Assembly: GCA_902522955.1 (NCBI GenBank)
Contig: CABYXR010000002.1
Span: 16,205 to 80,204, forward strand
Direction of reading: 5' to 3'
DNA: 64,000 nucleotides
Source: an uncultured Pelagibacteraceae bacterium
Lineage (GTDB): Bacteria > Pseudomonadota > Alphaproteobacteria > Pelagibacterales > Pelagibacteraceae
In this document: piece after piece, positions 42,282 to 50,305 of the stretch
How positions within the stretch are numbered: position 1 is the first letter of the stretch
Layout: every line of letters starts with the position of its first letter
Notes under the pieces: model-generated
The model's input: the letters and a program-made list of their open reading frames with translations, nothing else
Databases searched by the model: none
Told to the model about the DNA's origin: nothing
Made by a program: the position numbers and the translations under genes

Positions 42282-43408
42282 AAAAAGTATTTATATTAAC
42301 AGGCGAAGCATCTGGAGATAAATTAGCTTCTAAAGTTATAAGTGATTTGAAAAAATTAAATCAAGGCATAGAATATTTATCGGTAGGGGGTGAACACCTC
42401 CAATCCTTAGGTATCAAGAGCATTTACGATTTAAAAGAAATCACATTTTTAGGCTTCACAAATGTTATCCTAAATATTTTCAAAATAAGTAAAAAAATTA
42501 ATGAAACTGTTAAAGCTATTATTGATTTTAATCCAGATTTACTGTTTACAGTTGATAGCCCTGATTTTACTCTGCGAGTAGCTGAGAAAGTAAAAAAATT
42601 AAATCCAAAAATTAAGACCATTCATTATGTAGCTCCTCAAGTTTGGGTATGGAGAGAAGGAAGAGTAAAGAAAATTAAACAATTTATAGATCATATATTA
42701 TTATTATTTAGTTTTGAAAAAAAATATTTTGAGAAAGAAAATATGAGTTGCGAATTTGTCGGCCATCCATTACTACAAAATAAAGAACGAAGCAAAATTG
42801 ATATCAATCAAGTAATAGGAAAAAATAAAGCTTTGATCTCTATTTTCGCTGGAAGTAGAAAATCAGAGATAAGTGTTTTAATGCCTATATTAATAGATTT
42901 TATAAAATTAATGAATAATAAGTATTCTGATATGACTTATGTATTCCATTCAACAAAAGAATATTCTGAGTTATTGAAATTTTATATAAATCAAAGCGAT
43001 TTAAATAATTGTGAAATCGTTAGTGATGATAAGATTAAGTCTCATATTTTACAAAAATCTATTTTTGCTGTAACTAAATCTGGCACTATTTCATTAGAAA
43101 TTTGTAATGCAAAAATACCATCAATTATATTATATAAAATGAGTTTTATTAATTTTTTGATTATAAAGTTATTAGTAAAAACAAAGTATGCCAATATAAT
43201 TAATTTTGCTGCTAACAAGGAAATTATTCCCGAACTTCTCCAATCGAATTGTAATTCAGATAATATCTTTAAAATTGTCAATTCTTTCCTTGAAAATCCC
43301 GATGAGATGAGTGAACAGGTAAAAAAAGTCCAAGCTATATTACACAAATTAAAGATCAGCGGAAGTTCTTCAGAACAAGCCAGTTTATCTTTAAATAAAT
43401 TTTTATAA
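42278..43408 (+). CDS. lpxB: Lipid-A-disaccharide synthase
   Basis: GEASGD, VDSPDF, HYVAPQVWVWR, FVGHPL, GSRKSE, SGT.SLE. Confidence 0.95.
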   Translation: MKKVFILTGEASGDKLASKVISDLKKLNQGIEYLSVGGEHLQSLGIKSIYDLKEITFLGFTNVILNIFKISKKINETVKAIIDFNPDLLFTVDSPDFTLRVAEKVKKLNPKIKTIHYVAPQVWVWREGRVKKIKQFIDHILLLFSFEKKYFEKENMSCEFVGHPLLQNKERSKIDINQVIGKNKALISIFAGSRKSEISVLMPILIDFIKLMNNKYSDMTYVFHSTKEYSELLKFYINQSDLNNCEIVSDDKIKSHILQKSIFAVTKSGTISLEICNAKIPSIILYKMSFINFLIIKLLVKTKYANIINFAANKEIIPELLQSNCNSDNIFKIVNSFLENPDEMSEQVKKVQAILHKLKISGSSSEQASLSLNKFL

Positions 43409-44334
43409 TGTTGGTTTATACTCATTCTGATTGTCAATTAAAAGACAATGGATTCAATCATCCAGAAAGAAAAGAAAGATTAGTGACTATAATTGACTCA
43501 ATTAAACGAATAAAAGACACTAAAATTAATTTTAAAGAAGCACCTATAGCTGACATTGAAACAATATCTTTAGTACATCCCACAAAGCATATTCAAAAAA
43601 TTTTTAGTAACATACCTAAAAATGGATTGATTGGTGTTGAAAAAGAACCTTACGCAGATACTATGCTTTGTCCTAATAGTAAAAATGCTATTCTTAGATC
43701 ATGCGGAGCTGGTTTAGCAGCAGTAGACGATTTAATGAAAAATAATGAAAGAGTTTTTTGTGCCATAAGGCCACCAGGGCATCATGCTGAAACAGTAAAA
43801 GCAATGGGTTTTTGTTTTGTTAATAATGCGGCTGTAGCAGCTAGATATCTTCAGCAAAAATACGAGGTAAATAAAGTAGCTATAATTGACTTCGATGTTC
43901 ATCATGGAAACGGAACTCAAGAGATCTTTTATAATGACGAAACAGTTGCATATGGATCGTCACATGAATTTCCTTTATTTCCTGGCACGGGTTCTGAGCA
44001 AGAAACTGGAGCGGGAAATATATTTAATGCTCCTTTAAAATCTGGGATAAAAGGCAAACAATTTTTAGATATATTTGAAAATAAAATATTAAGCCCTATT
44101 GATAAATTCAAACCAGAAGTAATTATAATATCGGCAGGCTTCGACGCACATTTTAGAGACCCTCTTGCTAATATTAATTTAGAATCAGAGGATTTTTATC
44201 AAATTACTAAAAAGATTGTGGAATTAGCTAATGTACAATCAAATGGAAGAATAATTTCTTTTTTAGAGGGTGGATATGATTTGCAAGCTTTATCTGAAAG
44301 CATAAAACAGCATTTATTAGCATTAAAAAATTAA
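43408..44334 (+). CDS. Histone deacetylase family (Zn-dependent amidohydrolase) protein
   Basis: HPE...RL, RPPGHHA, GFCFVNN, DFDVHHGNGT, SAGFDAH, LEGGY: full catalytic set. Confidence 0.93.
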   Translation: MLVYTHSDCQLKDNGFNHPERKERLVTIIDSIKRIKDTKINFKEAPIADIETISLVHPTKHIQKIFSNIPKNGLIGVEKEPYADTMLCPNSKNAILRSCGAGLAAVDDLMKNNERVFCAIRPPGHHAETVKAMGFCFVNNAAVAARYLQQKYEVNKVAIIDFDVHHGNGTQEIFYNDETVAYGSSHEFPLFPGTGSEQETGAGNIFNAPLKSGIKGKQFLDIFENKILSPIDKFKPEVIIISAGFDAHFRDPLANINLESEDFYQITKKIVELANVQSNGRIISFLEGGYDLQALSESIKQHLLALKN

Positions 44335-44414
44335 ATATCCACAACACCCCAAAACGTCCATAGAGAATGAATAATGTAATAGAATTTACCTCCTAAAAAA
44401 AATATAGTGATTCT

Positions 44415-45071
44415 ATGAGCGTTCTTTTTGCAATTGTTTTAGGTGTAATAATTTCATCTTCAGATTTAGTGCCGTTTAACAAAAGTAATGAAGAAACATC
44501 TGAAAAAGTTGTTGTAGAAAAAAAAGAGGAAATTAATACTCCTCCTCCAGAACCCGAGCCAGAACCCGAGCCAGAACCCGAGCCAGAACCCGAGCCAGAG
44601 CCAGAGCCAGTGGTAGAACCTAAACCTGAGCCAGAACCTGAGCCAGTAAAAGAAGAAGCTAATGAGAAAGAAAAAATTGAAGAAGAGGCGAAACCTGAAG
44701 AAGCTGAATTAGAGGTAAAAGATGAAGAACCTAAGGAAGAAGAAGGATCTAGTTGGCTTAATATATTACTTTATATAATAGCAGCAATTGGAGCTATAGC
44801 GGCAGCGGCATATTTCTTTATGAGAAGAGATCCTGAACCACAGACTGCTGCGGATGTTGGAAGACAGCAGTCGAGTCAACCTGAACCAGAGCCAACTCCA
44901 GACCCAGAGCCAACTCCAGAACCAGAACCAACTCCAGAACCAGAACCAACTCCAGAACCAGAGCCAACTCCAGAACCAGAACCAACACCTGAACCGGAAC
45001 CACAAGAGGAGCCTCAATCTGGTAATAATGATCAATCATCAAATAATGATGATGAAAATAACAATAGATAA
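44415..45071 (+). CDS. Pro/Glu-repeat, acidic low-complexity membrane protein of unknown function
   Basis: N-terminal hydrophobic segment, (PE)n tract, internal TM ([25 protein letters not shown]), (PEPEPT)7 tract; synonymous third-position variation in repeats supports this frame. Confidence 0.75.
   Translation: MSVLFAIVLGVIISSSDLVPFNKSNEETSEKVVVEKKEEINTPPPEPEPEPEPEPEPEPEPEPEPVVEPKPEPEPEPVKEEANEKEKIEEEAKPEEAELEVKDEEPKEEEGSSWLNILLYIIAAIGAIAAAAYFFMRRDPEPQTAADVGRQQSSQPEPEPTPDPEPTPEPEPTPEPEPTPEPEPTPEPEPTPEPEPQEEPQSGNNDQSSNNDDENNNR
44547..44609 (+). repeat. Tandem repeat, 12-bp CCAGAACCCGAG x4 plus CCAGAG x2 (encodes (PE)n)
   Basis: Four exact 12-mer copies at 44547-44594, read directly. Confidence 0.95.
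44880..45005 (+). repeat. Tandem repeat, 18-bp unit x7 (encodes PEPEPT)
   Basis: CCAGAACCAGARCCAACT-type units with mostly synonymous variation. Confidence 0.95.
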
Positions 45072-45112
45072 TTTTTCTTAAAAAGATTATTAAAATAAAG
45101 TAAAGTTATTTT

Positions 45113-45796
45113 ATGGAATATAACTTTTCTCCATCTGAACTAGATTATCAACCAAAAAAGTGCCAAAGATGTTACTACTTAAACAAAAGATTTAAACTGT
45201 CTGATGGGGGGAGACCACCTCCAGTTTTTTCAAGTTTAGACGCTAATCAAAAACCCTATTACAAAAATATAAATACAAAAGATTGGTGTGAGGATTTACC
45301 CGAGGGAGTTTTTATTGATAAGGAGGAATTACCTGGAAAAATAACTTCTGAAGGATTGTTTGATAAAAAAGATAGAAAATTTAAATTAAATGGTATCCCA
45401 GATATTGTTATTAGATTGAAAGAGGGTGGGTATGCTATTTATGATTTTAAAACTACTAATATTAAAAATAATAAATCAGAGAATTATCGATACCAGCTTG
45501 AGGCTTACGCCCAAATCTTTGCGAATCCTGGATCCCTAAAATCATCGAAAACTCCAAAATTCGTTCCAATTAAACATATGGGGATTTTACAGTTCGAACC
45601 AAGTGAAATTATTTCACACACAAAGAATGACCATAATATGAAGTTTAAGGTTTCGTTTTCTCATTTGGAAAGAGATGAAAAAGACTTTTATGAATATATT
45701 ACAAATTTAATTGATCTTATAGAACAAGACACTGTTCCACCTTTTTCTGATAATTGTTCACTGTGTTATTATACAAAATCCACAATGAAGCTATAA
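45113..45796 (+). CDS. PD-(D/E)XK nuclease, Cas4/RecB/AddB-like, stand-alone
   Basis: SPS..D....CxxCYY, GIPDIV, IYDFKTT, YRYQLEAY (QxxxY), C-terminal CxxC. Confidence 0.82.
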   Translation: MEYNFSPSELDYQPKKCQRCYYLNKRFKLSDGGRPPPVFSSLDANQKPYYKNINTKDWCEDLPEGVFIDKEELPGKITSEGLFDKKDRKFKLNGIPDIVIRLKEGGYAIYDFKTTNIKNNKSENYRYQLEAYAQIFANPGSLKSSKTPKFVPIKHMGILQFEPSEIISHTKNDHNMKFKVSFSHLERDEKDFYEYITNLIDLIEQDTVPPFSDNCSLCYYTKSTMKL

Positions 45797-47182
45797 AATT
45801 TCTTTTAGCCTCTTCAAAACTTTTGTTTTATCTAAAGATAATATAATATCGTATAGACCAGGTCCAAATTTTGAGCCAACTAACAGTATCCTTAAAGGCT
45901 GTCCTACACCTTTAAAATTAGTTTGATGTTTATCAATTAGAGACTTAATTACAGGTTCTAAAGTTTCTCTAGATAACAAGGAAAGTTTTTCATACTCATC
46001 AATAAAATCTTTTATTATTTTTTTTGACAAACCATCTATTAGCTTTTTATCATCTGAACTAATCTCAATTTTGTCATTAATTATATATTGAGCATTATTC
46101 CATATATCTTCTAATGTTTTTGCTTTATTTTTTAAAAAACCTATAGATTTAAATAAGACACTTTCTTTTGATTGATCTATAGTTTTTTTGTATTTTGAAA
46201 CGTATTCTTTAAAGAAATTAAAAAGTTCTTTTTGATCGATACTTTTTATATATGTCTCGTTTATTGAGTAAATTCTATTCATATCTAATTTTGATGGAGA
46301 TTTACCGACACCATTTAAATCAAATAAATCAATGCTTTCTTGCTTAGTAAAAATTTCTTTATCTTTGTATGACCACCCTAATCTCAATAAATAATTTCTC
46401 AAAGCATCTGAAATAATTCCAATTTTTATATAATCCTCAAGTGTGGAGGCATTGTCTCTTTTTGATAGTTTTTTTCCTTGTTCACTATGAATTAAAGGTA
46501 TATGAGCAAAATTAGGCACTTCCCATTTCATAGCCTCGTATATTTGTTTTTGTTTAAAAGAATTGATCATGTGATCATCTCCTCTAATTACATGAGAGAT
46601 TTTCATTTCGTGATCATCAACTGTTGCAGATAATTGGTAAGTTGGAGTTTCGTCTTTTCTTAGAATAACAAAATCCTCAATTGTAGAATTTGAAATATTT
46701 CTTTCTCCTTGAACTAAATCCTTTATAATTGTATTACCTGAAATTTTACTTTTAAATCTTATAACTGGTTTTATACTCTCTGGTATTGTTAAATCTTTTG
46801 CATCTCTCCATTTTCTATTGTAAACATATGGTATTCCTTGCTTTTTACATTTTTCTTTTTGTTCATTAATTTCTTTCTCTGAACAATAACATTTGTAAGC
46901 AAATCCTTTTTTAAGAAGTTCTTGTGCAACGTTAATGTGTTTTGAAATATTTTTTGATTGAATATACTCCTCGCCGTCATGCTCAATTCCAAGCCAAGCT
47001 AAAGAAGAAATAATCTGTTTTTTAAATTCATCTTTTGATCGTTCTTTATCTGTATCCTCAATTCGTAAAAAATATTTACCTTTATTTTTTTTGGCCAATA
47101 GCCAATTAAATAAAGCAGTTCTAACACCACCGATATGAAGAGGCCCAGTAGGAGAGGGCGCAAACCTACAATTAAATGACAT
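45791..47182 (-). CDS. gltX: Glutamate--tRNA ligase
   Basis: RFAPSPTG.LHIGG (HIGH), LRIEDTD, IRGDDH, KLSKR. Confidence 0.97.
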   Translation of the reverse strand: MSFNCRFAPSPTGPLHIGGVRTALFNWLLAKKNKGKYFLRIEDTDKERSKDEFKKQIISSLAWLGIEHDGEEYIQSKNISKHINVAQELLKKGFAYKCYCSEKEINEQKEKCKKQGIPYVYNRKWRDAKDLTIPESIKPVIRFKSKISGNTIIKDLVQGERNISNSTIEDFVILRKDETPTYQLSATVDDHEMKISHVIRGDDHMINSFKQKQIYEAMKWEVPNFAHIPLIHSEQGKKLSKRDNASTLEDYIKIGIISDALRNYLLRLGWSYKDKEIFTKQESIDLFDLNGVGKSPSKLDMNRIYSINETYIKSIDQKELFNFFKEYVSKYKKTIDQSKESVLFKSIGFLKNKAKTLEDIWNNAQYIINDKIEISSDDKKLIDGLSKKIIKDFIDEYEKLSLLSRETLEPVIKSLIDKHQTNFKGVGQPLRILLVGSKFGPGLYDIILSLDKTKVLKRLKEIL

Positions 47183-47201
47183 TTATATTAATTAAACTAT
47201 T

Positions 47202-47876
47202 TTAGTGAAAGTTTCTATACAAAGAAACGAGTTTACCTTGAATTTTTATTCTATTTGCAGCGTATATTTTTGTTCCATAATTTTTATTTGCAGCTTCTAG
47301 GGCTATGGTATTTCCTTTTTTTCTAACTCTCTTTAAAGTCGCCTCCTGATCATCTATTAAAACTACTGCAATTTGGCCGCTGTCGACATTCGAAGTTTTT
47401 TTAATAATAACTGTATCTCCATCAGCTATTCCTGCTTCTATCATCGAGTCTCCTTTTACTTTAAGTCCATAATGTTCTCCGTTATTCTGTAGGTCTTCTG
47501 GTAATGCAACTCTATCAACTTCTTGTTGAATCGCTTCAATTGGAGTTCCTGCAGCAATACTACCTAAAACAGATACATCAGTAGATTTGTTTTTGTTTTT
47601 ATCTAATCCGCCTTTAATCACGCTAGGAGTAAATGAATTAAAAATATCGTTTGCACTTGCATTTTCAGGCAGTTTTACAACCTCTAAAGCTCTGGCTTTA
47701 TGAGCCAATCTTTTTACAAAACCTCTTTCTTCAAGAGCAGATATTAATCTATGAATACCTGATTTCGACTTTAGGTTGAGCGAATTTTTCATCTCCTCGT
47801 AAGAAGGAGAGATGCCTGAAGATCTAATCTTCTTATTAATAAATATTAGTAAGTTTTTTTGTTTTTTTGTTAACAT
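47202..47876 (-). CDS. lexA: SOS repressor LexA
   Basis: MLTKKQ..., PSYEEM...L.L.SKSGIHRLI..LEERG (alpha type), IAAG cleavage site, GDSM Ser, TLKR Lys; start placed at ATG 47876. Confidence 0.96.
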   Translation of the reverse strand: MLTKKQKNLLIFINKKIRSSGISPSYEEMKNSLNLKSKSGIHRLISALEERGFVKRLAHKARALEVVKLPENASANDIFNSFTPSVIKGGLDKNKNKSTDVSVLGSIAAGTPIEAIQQEVDRVALPEDLQNNGEHYGLKVKGDSMIEAGIADGDTVIIKKTSNVDSGQIAVVLIDDQEATLKRVRKKGNTIALEAANKNYGTKIYAANRIKIQGKLVSLYRNFH

Positions 47877-47877
47877 A

Positions 47878-47892
47878 GAACAAACCTCGTAC
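47878..47892. promoter_or_regulatory. LexA (SOS) box 1, GAAC-N7-GTAC
   Basis: GAACaaacctcGTAC immediately upstream of the lexA ATG; a known variant of the alphaproteobacterial direct repeat. Confidence 0.75.
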
Positions 47893-47898
47893 ATCTAT

Positions 47899-47913
47899 GT
47901 TCTATAAAAGTTC
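47899..47913. promoter_or_regulatory. LexA (SOS) box 2, GTTC-N7-GTTC
   Basis: GTTCtataaaaGTTC, a perfect alphaproteobacterial SOS box, upstream of lexA. Confidence 0.85.
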
Positions 47914-47946
47914 TATTTGAATTACAACTTTAAATTAACCCTGATT

Positions 47947-48741
47947 TTATTGAATAATTTGTCTAAATCGTCCCATTAAACCTTCTAGATTGTCAGAGCT
48001 CAAAAGTGATTCTCCTATCAGAAAATTTTTTATTCCAGTCTTATCATAAATGTATTTTGCATCTTTTTCATTTTGAATACCACTTTCTGAGATTAAAGGA
48101 CCTTTATGATTTTTAACAACTTGAAAAATCGATATAGTATTGTTAATTGAAACATCAAGAGTTTTTAGATTTCTATTATTAATTCCAATTAATGCCTTTT
48201 CATATTTTAAGGCAGCCTCAGCCTCTTTTTGATCATGGACCTCTACTATAACTGATAAATCTTTCTTTAATGCTTCAGAATAAATCTCATCTATTTGTTT
48301 ACCCTCAAGAGCAGAAATTATTAATAATATACAATCGCAACCATAACTTTTTGATAATACGACTTGATAAGGGTCTATAAAGAAATCTTTGGCTAATATA
48401 GGTATTTTATAATTTTTTTTAATATCCCGTATTTGTTTAAGGTTTCCTAAAAAATATTTTTCCTCTGTAAGCACAGACAAACATGTTGCACCGTTTTTAA
48501 TGAATTTTTCTGCAATATTTAGATGATTGAAATCTTTTACAATAATTCCTGCAGACGGGCTAGCTTTTTTGATCTCTGTAATTAACGAAATTCCTTTGTT
48601 ATTTCGAATAGTTTCCTTGAAATTAAAAAAAGCATTTAGTTCTTTAGTTCTATTTTCAAGAGAGTCTATCGAATTGTTTTTCTTAATTAACTTTAAAGTT
48701 TCTTTCTTATCTTCTATGATTTTTGTTAATATATTTGTCAT
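47947..48741 (-). CDS. trpC: Indole-3-glycerol phosphate synthase
   Basis: EIKKASPSAG, LSVLTE, KDFFID, GINNRNL, SESGI, LIGES. Confidence 0.96.
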   Translation of the reverse strand: MTNILTKIIEDKKETLKLIKKNNSIDSLENRTKELNAFFNFKETIRNNKGISLITEIKKASPSAGIIVKDFNHLNIAEKFIKNGATCLSVLTEEKYFLGNLKQIRDIKKNYKIPILAKDFFIDPYQVVLSKSYGCDCILLIISALEGKQIDEIYSEALKKDLSVIVEVHDQKEAEAALKYEKALIGINNRNLKTLDVSINNTISIFQVVKNHKGPLISESGIQNEKDAKYIYDKTGIKNFLIGESLLSSDNLEGLMGRFRQIIQ

Positions 48742-49736
48742 TAATTATTTTGTAGTTTAACGAGATGCTCATAAACTTTTCCTGATTCTAAATGAGTTGA
48801 TGCTTTGTTAAAAGCTTTTTTAAAATCGTTTTCTTTACCAGCAACTATTAAACCAGCAGCAACATTTAGCGCTACAGATTGTGAAAATTCATTTAATTTT
48901 CCTTTGTAAATTTCTACAATTTTTTCAGAATTGTATTTTGCATTTTTCCCTTTTAAATTTTCCCTATTTGAAACTTTTATTCCAAGCATTTCAGGATCAA
49001 TCTTAAATTCATTAATAATTCTATTTTTTAATTCCACTACATTTGTTGTCGCAAACGGTGAAATTTCATCCATGCCGTCATCACTGTGAACAATATAAGC
49101 GTGAGTAACATTATTTTCTTTCAAAGCCTCAGCGAATGGTTTCATCCATTTTTTTTCAAATACTCCAACTACTTGTCTTCTAACTTGAGCAGGACTACTG
49201 AGAGGTCCAATTAAATTAAATATAGTTCTTTTTCCCATTTTTTTTCTCGCAGGTCCAACATACTTCATTGCAGAATGGTAATTAGGTGCGAACATAAAAG
49301 CGAAGTTTAATTTTTTAATATTATTTTCCACCTCTTGAGGATTTTGATTTATGTTTATTCTTAAAGCTTCTAAAACATCGGCTGAACCACAATTTGAAGA
49401 AACTGCCTTATTACCATGTTTAGCAACTTTTACTCCCATACTTGCACAAACTATTGCAGCAGCAGTAGAAATGTTTAAGGAGTTTTGCCCATCTCCTCCA
49501 GTTCCACATGTATCAATAGTATTTTCATCAGTATTAACTTTATTTGCTTTATCTCTTAAAACAAATATACCTCCAGCTAATTCATCTTTCGTTTCTCCTT
49601 TTTTAATTAAAGCTTCAAGAATTTCTATAATACTATTCTCTTCATATTTACCTTCCATTAACTCGTTAAATAGAGCTTTACTTTCATCAAAAGAAAGATT
49701 TTGACCATTTTTTAAATTGTTTAACAAATTTGACAT
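48741..49736 (-). CDS. trpD: Anthranilate phosphoribosyltransferase
   Basis: DTCGTGGDG, NIST, KHGNKAVSS..GSAD, DGMDE. Confidence 0.96.
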   Translation of the reverse strand: MSNLLNNLKNGQNLSFDESKALFNELMEGKYEENSIIEILEALIKKGETKDELAGGIFVLRDKANKVNTDENTIDTCGTGGDGQNSLNISTAAAIVCASMGVKVAKHGNKAVSSNCGSADVLEALRININQNPQEVENNIKKLNFAFMFAPNYHSAMKYVGPARKKMGKRTIFNLIGPLSSPAQVRRQVVGVFEKKWMKPFAEALKENNVTHAYIVHSDDGMDEISPFATTNVVELKNRIINEFKIDPEMLGIKVSNRENLKGKNAKYNSEKIVEIYKGKLNEFSQSVALNVAAGLIVAGKENDFKKAFNKASTHLESGKVYEHLVKLQNN

Positions 49737-49738
49737 GG

Positions 49739-50305
49739 TTAATTATTTATAAAATTTTTAATCAATTTAATACCTACCTTGGTATTAATACTTTCAGGAT
49801 GGAACTGGAACCCATGTATATTATAATTTTTATGCATTAAGCCCATTATAGTGTTATTTTTAGTCTTGGCAGTGATAATTAAATCTTTTGGAAAGTTTTT
49901 ACTATCAACGACTAGACTGTGATATCTAGTAGCCACAAAATTATTTTGAATATTTTTGAATAATCCTTTTTTACTATGTCTAATTTTACTAGTTTTTCCA
50001 TGCATGAGATTTTTAGCAGTAACTATTCTACCTCCAAAAACTTGACCAATAATTTGATGGCCCAAGCACACACCTAAAATAGGAATTTTTTTATAAACCT
50101 TTTTTACTATTTCTAAACAGTTGCCAGCTTGATTTGGGTTACCTGGGCCAGGCGATATAACTATTTTATTATATTTTTTCTTTAAGATAGTTTTGCCATT
50201 TATCTTATCATTTCTTATAACATCTATATTTTTTTTAAATTTAGAGATATAATGGTACAAATTGTAAGTAAAACTATCGTAATTATCTATAAGTAAAATT
50301 TTCAA
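49739..50305 (-). CDS. trpG: Anthranilate synthase glutamine amidotransferase component II
   Basis: IDNYDSFT, SPGPG, GVCLGHQ, RYHSL, QFHPES; TTG start. Confidence 0.94.
   Translation of the reverse strand: MKILLIDNYDSFTYNLYHYISKFKKNIDVIRNDKINGKTILKKKYNKIVISPGPGNPNQAGNCLEIVKKVYKKIPILGVCLGHQIIGQVFGGRIVTAKNLMHGKTSKIRHSKKGLFKNIQNNFVATRYHSLVVDSKNFPKDLIITAKTKNNTIMGLMHKNYNIHGFQFHPESINTKVGIKLIKNFINN

Noticed and set aside
44332-44400. Minus-strand gene behind a perfect AGGAGGT SD
   Set aside because: No ATG/GTG/TTG at suitable spacing, and the open frames either lack a start or run antisense into the HDAC gene.
44547-45005. Tandem repeats next to a Cas4-like gene as a possible CRISPR array
   Set aside because: Units are contiguous 12/18-bp coding repeats with no unique spacers; no cas1 or cas2.
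44766-45081. Alternative-frame ORFs (WFWFWS..., LVLELV..., QNQNQL...) over the repeat region
   Set aside because: Stop-free shadows of the 18-bp repeat; synonymous variation fits the PEPEPT frame.
47877-47894. N-terminal extension MYEVCS on LexA, and similar extensions on tpiA, lpxA, fabZ, nuoB, nuoF and GT17
   Set aside because: Longest-ORF artefacts; family N-termini, stop/start coupling and the SOS box position favour the downstream ATGs.
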